From positions 388 through 64,387 of the forward strand of contig CAZBOZ010000004.1 of the NCBI GenBank assembly GCA_964493665.1: 64,000 nt of DNA, written 5' to 3'. This document shows positions 56,131-64,000 of this stretch, piece by piece (the first letter of the stretch is position 1; the number at the start of each line of letters is the position of its first letter). A program made the position numbers and the translations under genes. The notes beneath the pieces are model-generated. The model ran no database searches and was not told where the DNA came from. It saw only the letters and a list, made by a program, of their open reading frames with translations. This DNA comes from an uncultured Muribaculaceae bacterium. GTDB taxonomy: Bacteria; Bacillota_I; Bacilli_A; RF39; UBA660.

Positions 56131-57114
56131 ATGTGGATTAGTAAATTTAAGAATGCTAATTATAAAAATTTTTTAGAAAAATTAAAAGACGTAGCTCTTA
56201 AAGAAAAGAAAATATATTTATTTTTAATCTTTGATTATATATTTTTATTGTTATTCAGAGGTTTTGCTTTTAATGATTATTTGAATTATGAATTATATAA
56301 AAAAAATATTAAAGAAAGAAAAGCTTATGTATCAGTAAAAGATCAAGATAAGTTTTATGAATTAGTTTCACCTTCTTTGTATAAAGAAAGTTTTTCTAAT
56401 AAATCTAAATTCATGAAATTATTTAAAGATTATGTTAAAAGAGATTTCATAGATAAAAGCAATAATATTAATGATTTAGTTAAATTTTTAAGTAATAATG
56501 AAGAAATAATAGTTAAACCAATTGATGGACTTGGAGGGGCTAATATAACTAAGCTAAAAAGCAAAAATATTAAAAATATTGATTTATTCTATAATGAAAT
56601 GGTTAAAAACAATTATTTAATTGAAGAAGTAGTAAAACAACATAAGTCATTATCAGAGTTTTCTAAAAACAGTGTTAATACCATTAGAATTATGACCTCT
56701 AATATTAATAATAATCCTAAAATTATATTTGCTACTTTAAGAGTTGGTAATGGTAAAAATTATGTTGATAATTTTCATCAAGGTGGTATGGCTGCTTTAA
56801 TTAATACTGAAACAGGTATTTTAACTAGTGATGCTATAGATAAAAACTTAAATAAGTATAAATATCACCCTTTATCTAAAAAAGCTTTTAAAGGCTACAA
56901 AATACCTTATTTTGAAGAAGCTAGAGAATTAGTTTTAAAAGCATCTTTAGTTATTCCAGAAATAAAAGTGGTTGGTTGGGATGTTGCTATTACTCCTGAT
57001 GGGCCAGTTATTATTGAAGGAAACCGAAGAGCTGGATTTGATATTGTTCAAGTAGTAAGTGGTATTGGTAGAAAAGATATTATCAAAAGTATATTAAAAG
57101 AACTAAATAATTAG
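56131..57114 (+). CDS. Sugar-transfer-associated ATP-grasp family protein
   Basis: Matches alpha-L-glutamate-ligase-related ATP-grasp proteins: IVKPIDGLGGANI, NFHQGGMAALIN, GWDVAITPDGPVIIEGNRRAG. The ATG at 56131 has RBS AGGTGA at 5-nt spacing. The track start is a GTG inside the SD. Confidence 0.55.
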   Translation: MWISKFKNANYKNFLEKLKDVALKEKKIYLFLIFDYIFLLLFRGFAFNDYLNYELYKKNIKERKAYVSVKDQDKFYELVSPSLYKESFSNKSKFMKLFKDYVKRDFIDKSNNINDLVKFLSNNEEIIVKPIDGLGGANITKLKSKNIKNIDLFYNEMVKNNYLIEEVVKQHKSLSEFSKNSVNTIRIMTSNINNNPKIIFATLRVGNGKNYVDNFHQGGMAALINTETGILTSDAIDKNLNKYKYHPLSKKAFKGYKIPYFEEARELVLKASLVIPEIKVVGWDVAITPDGPVIIEGNRRAGFDIVQVVSGIGRKDIIKSILKELNN

Positions 57115-57121
57115 TTCTTTT

Positions 57122-57760
57122 TTAATTTTTAAAATTAGCATCTATATAATATATTGGTCTACCCTCTTTATTATAATTTAATTCAAAATCAGTCATTATA
57201 TTTTTTATTGGTTCTTCATCATTGTGTAAATCTAAACTAACTCGATTAAATGAATACCAATACTGGCTTAAGCTTTCTAAAGAATGAGCAAAAAAGCCTT
57301 TATTATCAGTTTTTAATATTATATGTTTATCTTTTTTAAAGATTTTATCATAAAGTCTTAAATAATATTCATGAGTAAATCTTTTCTTCTCATCAATCTT
57401 TTTAGGCCATGGTTCTGAAAATGTTAAATAAATAGTATCAATCTCTTTACCAAAAAAATTATCTATTTCTTTAGCATCAGCATTTATTAATTTTAAATTA
57501 TTTAACTTTTCTTGTTCTAATTTAGTTACAGCTTGAACCATTTGAGAATCAACTAATTCTAAACCAATAAAATTGATATTTGGATAAGCTTTAGCCATAT
57601 TAATAATAAAACTACCCCTACCCATACCAAGTTCTAAACATATTGGATTATTATTCCCAAATACACTAGACCATTTATTTTTATATTCACTTGGATTACT
57701 AACTACATATGAACTTTTTTGAACTATCTTATCAGCATCTTTTATTTCTATATAACGCAA
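57122..57760 (-). CDS. trmB: tRNA (guanine-N7)-methyltransferase
   Basis: ICLELGMGRGSFIINMAKAYPNINFIGLE SAM-binding motif. TTG start with RBS GGGAAGTG. Confidence 0.8.
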   Translation of the reverse strand: MRYIEIKDADKIVQKSSYVVSNPSEYKNKWSSVFGNNNPICLELGMGRGSFIINMAKAYPNINFIGLELVDSQMVQAVTKLEQEKLNNLKLINADAKEIDNFFGKEIDTIYLTFSEPWPKKIDEKKRFTHEYYLRLYDKIFKKDKHIILKTDNKGFFAHSLESLSQYWYSFNRVSLDLHNDEEPIKNIMTDFELNYNKEGRPIYYIDANFKN

Positions 57761-57838
57761 TTAAAATCACTTCCCAAAAAATATTATAACATAATTAACT
57801 TCAGCAAAATAAAAAAGTATGCTATAATACATTTGCTT

Positions 57839-57925
57839 GCCTGCGTGGCGGAATTGGTAGACGCGCTGGACTCAAAATCCAGTAATAGCAATATTGTATG
57901 GGTTCAAGTCCCTTCGCAGGCACCA
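57839..57925 (+). tRNA. tRNA-Leu (anticodon CAA), long variable arm
   Basis: GCCTGCGTGGCGGAATTGGTAGACGCGCTGGACTCAAAATCCAGTAATAGCAATATTGTATGGGTTCAAGTCCCTTCGCAGGCACCA. Preceded by TGCTATAAT extended -10 (57821-57828). Confidence 0.85.
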
Positions 57926-57958
57926 AAAATATTTATTAGAAATATATTGGAGAAAAAC

Positions 57959-58183
57959 ATGTTAACTCAAAGATTGCTATTTATACTAAAGTTTTTTAAT
58001 AATCCAGCTAATTTAAATTCGTTTTTAGAACTTGATTTAGTCCCTCAAGATATAGATTTTTTAATTAAAAATGGTTTAAAAGTAGACATTATAAAAAAGA
58101 ATTCTATAACCACTTTTTGCAGACTATCTCGAGATATAATAGAAGATGAGACTTTAGAAGAAAGCCAAATAAAAAGTATATAA
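57959..58183 (+). CDS. Small hypothetical protein (74 aa)
   Basis: ATG at 57959 with RBS TTGGAGAAAAAC. MLTQRLLFILKFFNNPANLNSFLELDLVPQDIDFLIKNGLKVDIIKK... The track's 154-aa ORF is an upstream read-through across tRNA-Leu. Confidence 0.45.
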   Translation: MLTQRLLFILKFFNNPANLNSFLELDLVPQDIDFLIKNGLKVDIIKKNSITTFCRLSRDIIEDETLEESQIKSI

Positions 58184-58185
58184 TT

Positions 58186-58213
58186 AAAAAACGACTATTA
58201 TTAGTCGTTTTCT
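58186..58213. terminator. Bidirectional terminator between small ORF and scpB
   Basis: AAACGACTA-ttat-TAGTCGTTT followed by a T-rich run. Confidence 0.5.
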
Positions 58214-58767
58214 TCTTTATATGTTGATGTAAATAAATCTAATTCTTTAGTAGTTAAATCTTCTTTATTTATTACTTCTGGTAAATCACTTATTGAAGGT
58301 AAACCAAAATAATCTAAAAAGTCACTTGTTGTAGCATATAAATTTGGTCTACCTGGCATATCTGATTTACCAGATTCTTTTATTAAGCCTTTGGCTACTA
58401 ATTTTCTAATCATTTGAGAGGTACTTACTCCTCTTAGATTATCTACTTCTACTCTAGTAATTGGTTGGTTATAAGCAATTATAGCTAGCGTCTCTAAAGC
58501 AGCATCAGATAGCATATTGTTTGTTTCGTTAATTAAAAGTTTTTGATAATAATCTTTATGTTCTTTTTTAGTAGTTAATTTAAAAGCATCACCTAAATAG
58601 CTTATTCTAATTCCTCTATTATCGTCTTCATAAGTTTCTTTTAAATTTTTTAATAATTCTTTTGCTTCATCAGGATTTATTTCTAATATTTCTGAAACTT
58701 GCTCTAAAGTTAATCCTTCATCACCTACTGCAAATAAAAGACCTTCTAATATTCCTAACAAATTCAT
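58201..58767 (-). CDS. scpB: Segregation and condensation protein B
   Basis: GILEGLLFAVGDEGLTLEQVSEIL winged-helix ScpB motif. Confidence 0.85.
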   Translation of the reverse strand: MNLLGILEGLLFAVGDEGLTLEQVSEILEINPDEAKELLKNLKETYEDDNRGIRISYLGDAFKLTTKKEHKDYYQKLLINETNNMLSDAALETLAIIAYNQPITRVEVDNLRGVSTSQMIRKLVAKGLIKESGKSDMPGRPNLYATTSDFLDYFGLPSISDLPEVINKEDLTTKELDLFTSTYKEEND

Positions 58768-58771
58768 GATA

Positions 58772-59497
58772 TCACTTCGCTTCTAGATATATTTCTTCAA
58801 AATTATTAGTTTGATTTATTAATACTTCATTGTTTTTAGTCATTTCTAAAACTGATAAAAATGTTACAATAATGTAATCTTTACTCATTATATCAAATAA
58901 ATCATTAAATTTTATTTTTCTTTTTTCATTTATAATATCTCTAATTGATTTTATTCGATCTTCAACACTATATTCTTTTTTGGTTATAGTAGTATTTAAT
59001 GGTTTTTTATATTTTTGACGATCTAGAAAGTTTTGAAATGCTGTAAGTAATACATCTATACTTTGATTATTATCAAATATTATTTTATCTTTATAGTCAC
59101 TTAAATCTTCTGGTAGTTTGGTTAACACTTCGCTTCTTTTTTGTTCTAGGGTTCTAAACTCTCCAGTTAAATCTTTATATTTTTGATATTCTATTAATTT
59201 TTTTCTTAAATCTTCTTCAGTATTTAGTTCAAAATCTTCATCTGGTTCTTCTTCAGTTTGATTTAGTAACATTCTACTTTTTAGATGAACAAGTTCACTA
59301 GCCATTGTTAAATATTCGCTTGCTAAATCAATATTTATGTTTTTAAGTTCATGAATATAATTTAAATATTCTTCTATTATAGTTGAAATACTTATTTCAT
59401 ATATATCCATTTTACTTTCTTTTACTAAATGTAAAAGAAGATCTAATGGACCTTCAAAATCATTTATTTTAAATTGATAATTCATAACATCACTCAC
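58772..59497 (-). CDS. scpA: Segregation and condensation protein A
   Basis: NDFEGPLDLLLHLVKESKMDIYEISIS ScpA kleisin N-terminus. Confidence 0.85.
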   Translation of the reverse strand: MSDVMNYQFKINDFEGPLDLLLHLVKESKMDIYEISISTIIEEYLNYIHELKNINIDLASEYLTMASELVHLKSRMLLNQTEEEPDEDFELNTEEDLRKKLIEYQKYKDLTGEFRTLEQKRSEVLTKLPEDLSDYKDKIIFDNNQSIDVLLTAFQNFLDRQKYKKPLNTTITKKEYSVEDRIKSIRDIINEKRKIKFNDLFDIMSKDYIIVTFLSVLEMTKNNEVLINQTNNFEEIYLEAK

Positions 59498-59518
59498 TAA
59501 GTAAATTATATCATGAAT

Positions 59519-60445
59519 TTATTCACAAGTGTATCTCATTGCTTCCATTTCAAAGCTTATTACTTTAGCATCTGTTCCTTTGACAAAATAATTAAAATCT
59601 TTTAACGAGGAAATATCTGCTGATGTTAAGTCTGCAACCGTGTTATATGAAAAATTAACACCACTTTCTACTAATGTGGAACTGATTCCACCAATAGCAT
59701 CCAAAGCTTCTTGTTTAGCTTTATAAACAGTTAATACTTCAGCGTATTTTTCTAAATCCTCATTAGTATAATTATAAGTTTCAGTTATTTTAATAAGACC
59801 ATCTTCATTAAATTCATAAATAAACTCAGAATCTAAATTAGTACAAGTTAAAACATTATTGTTTTCTTCATTTGTTTTTAAACTAACTGCTGGATAATCA
59901 GTTGTTTCATATTCTATCAATCTAATTTTTGCAACGCTTAAATTATCAACTATTAAAAATTTTAAAGTATATTCATTGTCTTTAATTAAAGAGTCAAAAG
60001 ATGCTAATTTTACTCTTTCTAAAAGAGTTTGTTCATTATCATATAATTCAAAATATAAATTTTTAGTGCTTAAATTATAAGTATCGGCTTTTTCATTTTT
60101 TACCATAAATTGTAAATAAGAATCATCTTCTACAGCTATTTCAAAATTAGAATAAGTGACTTTATCATAAACAATACTTGTAGTATCTAAAAAGTCATAA
60201 TAGATGGTTTCATTTTCAGTATTTTCTTCTTCAGTATTATTTTCTTCTTCTTTTTCTTTATTATCTAATATAGATGGAATTTTTATATTTCTTAAATTAA
60301 CATTTTTTATAAAATCAGTTATATTAGGTAATAAAACTACAAAGCCAACTAAAATGACCATAATGACAAGGACTGTAACTGGCCCTTTTTTCTTTTGCTT
60401 TGTTACTTCACCTAAATCTTCAGACACGATTTTTTTCTTTTCCAT
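59519..60445 (-). CDS. Membrane-anchored hypothetical protein upstream of scpAB
   Basis: N-terminal TM (VTVLVIMVILVGFVVLL), acidic linker, about 250-aa extracellular region, no recognisable motif. Confidence 0.4.
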   Translation of the reverse strand: MEKKKIVSEDLGEVTKQKKKGPVTVLVIMVILVGFVVLLPNITDFIKNVNLRNIKIPSILDNKEKEEENNTEEENTENETIYYDFLDTTSIVYDKVTYSNFEIAVEDDSYLQFMVKNEKADTYNLSTKNLYFELYDNEQTLLERVKLASFDSLIKDNEYTLKFLIVDNLSVAKIRLIEYETTDYPAVSLKTNEENNNVLTCTNLDSEFIYEFNEDGLIKITETYNYTNEDLEKYAEVLTVYKAKQEALDAIGGISSTLVESGVNFSYNTVADLTSADISSLKDFNYFVKGTDAKVISFEMEAMRYTCE

Positions 60446-60507
60446 AAAAAATCCCTCTATTCTAGAAAAATTATAACAAAATTTAATTTAAATAACAATG
60501 TATTTAT

Positions 60508-60536
60508 TGAAAAGCCTAATTATTTTTGCTATGATA
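60508..60536 (+). promoter_or_regulatory. Sigma-A promoter of prsA
   Basis: TTGAAA, 17-nt spacer, TATGAT. About 20 nt upstream of RBS GGAG. Confidence 0.5.
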
Positions 60537-60555
60537 TTTTAGAGATTGGAGATAA

Positions 60556-61527
60556 ATGATGAAAAAAAAGATTTTATTCTTAATAATTAGTGTTTTAGCT
60601 TTAGCTGGATGTGGTAGAGCAGCTACATTAAGTGATGATACTGTAGTAACTATGAAAGATAGCGAAACAATAAGCATTAACTCATTATATGAAGAAATGA
60701 AAGATAAATATGCCATTAGTATTTTAATTGATATGATTGATACGGAGATATTAAATAAAGAATATCCAGATTCTAGTGAAGCTGAAGAAAATTATGTTAC
60801 TTCTAACATTGAAGGTATTAAAGCTAATTATGAAACTGAAGAAGAATATTTACAAGTAATTAAATATTATTATGGAGTGAATTCTGAAGAAGAATTTCAA
60901 ACCTATTTGGGGCTTAATTATTTAAGAAATTTAGCTGTTGAAGATTATGCTAAAAGCCTAGTAACAGATAAAGAAATAAAAAATTACTATAATGACGAAG
61001 TAGTTGGCGATATCAGGTGTAGTCATATATTAATAAGTATTGGTGATGATGAAGATGCGGCTTTAGCAAAAACTAATGAACTAATTAACGAGTTAAAAGC
61101 TTCTGATGATGTTAGTACTTTATTTGCTACTTTAGCTAAAGAAAACTCTGAGGATACTGGCAGTGCTTCTAATGGTGGAGATCTAGGATGGTTTAACAAA
61201 GGAGATATGTACCAAGAATTTGAAGATGCTGCTTATGCACTTAAAAAAGGAGAATTTACTACTACACCAGTAAAAACTGCTGTTGGATATCATATAATTC
61301 TTAAAACTGATACCAAAGCTAAAGCTTCGTTAGATGATTCTAGAGACGAAATAATTGCTACTTTAGCAGATGAAAAAATAACTGCTGATAAAACTCTTCA
61401 ATTAGATGCTTTAACTAATTTAAGAAAAGAATATGATGTTAAAATTGAAGATTCCGAATTAAGTAAACAATATAATACTTATTTAAATAATATATTAAGA
61501 AATTTGCTTGCTGATGACAATCAGTAA
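60556..61527 (+). CDS. prsA: Foldase lipoprotein PrsA (PpiC-type peptidyl-prolyl isomerase)
   Basis: LALAGCG lipobox. Parvulin domain RCSHILIS...GGDLGWFNKGDMYQEFEDAAYALKKGEFTT...GYHIILK. Confidence 0.85.
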   Translation: MMKKKILFLIISVLALAGCGRAATLSDDTVVTMKDSETISINSLYEEMKDKYAISILIDMIDTEILNKEYPDSSEAEENYVTSNIEGIKANYETEEEYLQVIKYYYGVNSEEEFQTYLGLNYLRNLAVEDYAKSLVTDKEIKNYYNDEVVGDIRCSHILISIGDDEDAALAKTNELINELKASDDVSTLFATLAKENSEDTGSASNGGDLGWFNKGDMYQEFEDAAYALKKGEFTTTPVKTAVGYHIILKTDTKAKASLDDSRDEIIATLADEKITADKTLQLDALTNLRKEYDVKIEDSELSKQYNTYLNNILRNLLADDNQ

Positions 61528-61555
61528 AAAAGAGATTTAAAATTAAATCTCTTTT

Positions 61556-62161
61556 TTAATACTCATCTATATTACCTAGTAAAGAAAATATCATTTCTTT
61601 TTCATAGCCTAAATTAAATAAATAAACATAGTTTTTCATTTTATTATTTTTAGTATTTATATTTCTTTTTTTAATAATTTTTTTTATTTTATCTTGCCAT
61701 ATGCTTTTATCAATAGCATCTAAATGCTCTTCTATTTCTTCTTCACTAAGCCCTAAGCTCTTTAAAGCATTTTTAATTTTATAGGGTCCATTATTACTTA
61801 AATTGATTTGATCGTTAATATAACTTTTTAAATACAAATCATTATTTAAATATCCATCTTTTTTTAGTTTATTAATAGTACTAAAAATATCTGCTTCACT
61901 AAAATTAAATCTTTTTAAATAATTAAATATCTCTTTTTCGCTTCTTAATTTTGTATTAATATATTTTAAAGATTTATAATAAGCACTTAGATTATCATTT
62001 TCTTTAATCATTTTATCAAATGTTTTTTTATCAATATCTTTTTTTAGTAATAAGTTATATTTAATTATAATATCATCATATAAATTAACTTTTATTTCAT
62101 CTATGTTGACTTCGTACAAATTATTTTTGATTTTTTTATAGTTCTTGATTTCCATTAGCAT
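61556..62161 (-). CDS. recX: RecX-family regulatory protein
   Basis: 201 aa, basic. Three-helix repeat pattern (YLKRFNFSEADIFSTINKLKKDGYLNNDLY...). Size typical of Firmicute RecX. Motif-level call only. Confidence 0.5.
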   Translation of the reverse strand: MLMEIKNYKKIKNNLYEVNIDEIKVNLYDDIIIKYNLLLKKDIDKKTFDKMIKENDNLSAYYKSLKYINTKLRSEKEIFNYLKRFNFSEADIFSTINKLKKDGYLNNDLYLKSYINDQINLSNNGPYKIKNALKSLGLSEEEIEEHLDAIDKSIWQDKIKKIIKKRNINTKNNKMKNYVYLFNLGYEKEMIFSLLGNIDEY

Positions 62162-63122
62162 TCTCCTGGTATTTTTTACATTCTGCGTCTAATTCCTTTA
62201 ATAAGTTATCAACATCAGTTTCTTCTTTAATACGGCATCCTGAAGCCATTTTATGACCACCACCATTATATTTGGCTGCTATATCATTAATAACTGGCCC
62301 CCTAGATCTTATGCTTACTCTATATAATTCACTACTAGGATCATAAGTAATAAAAACCCATACTAGCATTTCTTTTATATAATTAAAAGAATTAATTAAA
62401 TTAGAAGCACTGGCATGATCAACATTAAATTTTTTAATGTCTTCTTGATTAATTTTTATAAACCCAAACCCATTTTCATTTACATTTATGTTTTCAGCTA
62501 TAAATCCTTGAAATCTAAGTTCTGATAATGGCCTTTCATATAGTTCAGCATATAATTTTTCAATATCTAAATAGTATAAATCTAATAATTTGTGAATCAA
62601 ATAAAATGTTTTAGATGAAGTGTAAGAAAATAAGAATCTTTCGCTATCAGATACTACTCCTAAAAATAAGTTTTCAGCAACCTTCTGATTTATCTTTAAT
62701 CCAGTATTCAAAATAAGTTCAATTATCATTTGGCTAGTACTAGAGGCAGTTTCATCTACCCATTCTACTTTCCCAGATTTAACTTCAAAAGGATGGTGAT
62801 CAATTTTTATAATATTTTTATATTGATCAGCATTAATACCATCTAATCTTACTGGATTTGGTAAGTCTAGCATTATTAGTAAAGCTTTGTTATTATCGAT
62901 GTCAGCCATTTTATCTAAGTTACCAAAAAATTTGAACCTAGCAACTCCAGCTCCAATAGTAATAACTTTCTTTTCAGGAAAAGTTAATTTTATCGAATCT
63001 CTTAAAGCTATTTGGCTAGCTATAGAATCAGGATCTGGCCCTATATGCCTAGCAATAACTATTTCATCATATTTTTTTATTTGATGATATATTTTTCTAA
63101 ATAATTGGTTAATTTTAATCAC
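62136..63122 (-). CDS. nrnA: Bifunctional oligoribonuclease/pAp phosphatase NrnA (DHH/DHHA1)
   Basis: IARHIGPDPDSIAS, IDHHPF (DHH) and GGGHKMASG (DHHA1). 328 aa. Confidence 0.8.
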   Translation of the reverse strand: MIKINQLFRKIYHQIKKYDEIVIARHIGPDPDSIASQIALRDSIKLTFPEKKVITIGAGVARFKFFGNLDKMADIDNNKALLIMLDLPNPVRLDGINADQYKNIIKIDHHPFEVKSGKVEWVDETASSTSQMIIELILNTGLKINQKVAENLFLGVVSDSERFLFSYTSSKTFYLIHKLLDLYYLDIEKLYAELYERPLSELRFQGFIAENINVNENGFGFIKINQEDIKKFNVDHASASNLINSFNYIKEMLVWVFITYDPSSELYRVSIRSRGPVINDIAAKYNGGGHKMASGCRIKEETDVDNLLKELDAECKKYQENANGNQEL

Positions 63123-63130
63123 CCCTATTC

Positions 63131-64000
63131 TTATTTTTCTATTAAATTATATGTATCTCTAGCAATCATTACTTCTTCATCAGTAGGAATTACATAAACA
63201 GCTATTTTTGAATCATCTCTAGATATTTTTATAGTTTCCCCTCTAGTATTATTAGTTTCATCATTAATGGTTATTCCTAACACTTCTAAAGATTTCATAA
63301 CATCATATCTAGTTTTAGATGAATTTTCACCAATACCTGCTGTAAATACTATCATATCAGCACCACCAAGTTCAACATAATATTTAGCAATGTATTCAAC
63401 TATTCTTTTTATAAACATTTCATGAGCCAATTTGCAACGAAGATTACCTGAATCCATCCCTTCTTCTATATCTCTATGGTCATTGCCAACACCACTTATA
63501 CCAAGTAAGCCACTTTCTTTATTTAAAATATTATCCATTTCTTTAGCAGTTATACCTAGTTTATCAATCATATAAGTAACTATTGTAGCATCAATATCCC
63601 CACAGCGGGTTCCCATTATAAGCCCGGCATTTGGCGTTAATCCCATAGAAGTATTTATACATTTACCATTTTTTATAGCACTAACACTAGCGCCATTACC
63701 TAAATGGCATACTATTACTTTAGTTTCTTCTTTACTAAGAATTTTATTAGCTTCTAAACTAATATATTTATGGCTAGTACCATGAGCTCCATATCTTCTA
63801 ATTTGGTACTTTTCTAACCATTCATAAGGCAATGCATATAAGTATGTTGATTCTTCCATAGTTTGATGGAAAGCTGTATCAAAGACAACTGTTTGTAAAG
63901 CGTTTGGAAAGGTGTGCATAGCAGCATTTATCCCAATTATTGCCGCTGGATTATGAAGTGGAGCTAATATTGATAGCTCCTCTATTTTTTGGATAACATC
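63131..64000 (-). CDS. ackA: Acetate kinase, C-terminal about 290 aa (5' end beyond window)
   Basis: VVFDTAFHQTM, RRYGAHGTSH and VCHLGNGAS acetate/propionate kinase motifs. The ORF continues past position 64000. Confidence 0.85.
   Translation of the reverse strand, partial: DVIQKIEELSILAPLHNPAAIIGINAAMHTFPNALQTVVFDTAFHQTMEESTYLYALPYEWLEKYQIRRYGAHGTSHKYISLEANKILSKEETKVIVCHLGNGASVSAIKNGKCINTSMGLTPNAGLIMGTRCGDIDATIVTYMIDKLGITAKEMDNILNKESGLLGISGVGNDHRDIEEGMDSGNLRCKLAHEMFIKRIVEYIAKYYVELGGADMIVFTAGIGENSSKTRYDVMKSLEVLGITINDETNNTRGETIKISRDDSKIAVYVIPTDEEVMIARDTYNLIEK

Noticed and set aside
57719-58183. 154-aa ORF spanning tRNA-Leu
   Set aside because: The upstream two-thirds overlaps the tRNA-Leu gene and its promoter. 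Only the 57959..58183 portion has an RBS and is retained as a feature.

Overview
This is a housekeeping-dense, low-GC (very AT-rich) chromosomal segment with Bacilli/Erysipelotrichia-like gene order. It uses the standard genetic code: Trp is encoded by TGG and long ORFs are intact, so it is not a UGA=Trp Mollicute. Every functional call below is a by-eye motif or family assignment; no database or structure search could be run, so each needs an HMM/BLAST check before use. Recognisable genes include serS, mutL, glyQS, recO, era, ybeY, rpsU, rpoZ, ffh, ylxM, ftsY, RNase J, RNase Y, recA, pgsA, a rodZ-like gene, gpsB, recU, ponA, nth, dnaD, cca, ezrA, rpsD, two M16 peptidases, mscL, ybaK, trmB, scpA, scpB, prsA, recX, nrnA and a truncated ackA. 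RNA genes that an ORF track cannot show are a type-B RNase P RNA (rnpB, minus strand, about 32992-33340) and six tRNAs: Ala(UGC), Pro(UGG), Arg(ACG), Thr(GGU), Arg(CCU) and Leu(CAA). Several have near-consensus sigma-A promoters and hairpin terminators. The most interesting content is accessory. (1) A class II double-glycine-leader bacteriocin locus, probably two-peptide, at about 15.8-19.6 kb: a C39-peptidase ABC exporter, two GG-leader precursors of 46 and 54 aa, a 55-aa membrane peptide and a 386-aa secreted Cys-rich protein. The small genes fall below the 60-aa cut-off of the ORF track, and the locus abuts tRNA-Ala. (2) A tightly coupled minus-strand operon at the window start: a CotH kinase-like protein with three lamin-tail domains, a VTC/CYTH domain protein, a DUF4956 membrane protein, and a long type IV pilin-like protein with a canonical GFTLVE prepilin signal and Listeria-Bacteroides (YxFxGW) repeats. 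(3) An uncharacterised two-gene operon at 49.8-52.0 kb (HGHSH-motif protein plus a membrane-anchored protein with a C-terminal 8-Cys module) beside a tRNA cluster and a thioredoxin-like gene. Smaller observations: a DUF2779 PD-(D/E)XK-like nuclease with a Cys cluster, a LexA-box-like palindrome at recA, a probable poly-A frameshift in a DUF2202 gene, and a small CxC/HH membrane protein. No CRISPR array, IS element, integrase or rRNA was seen.
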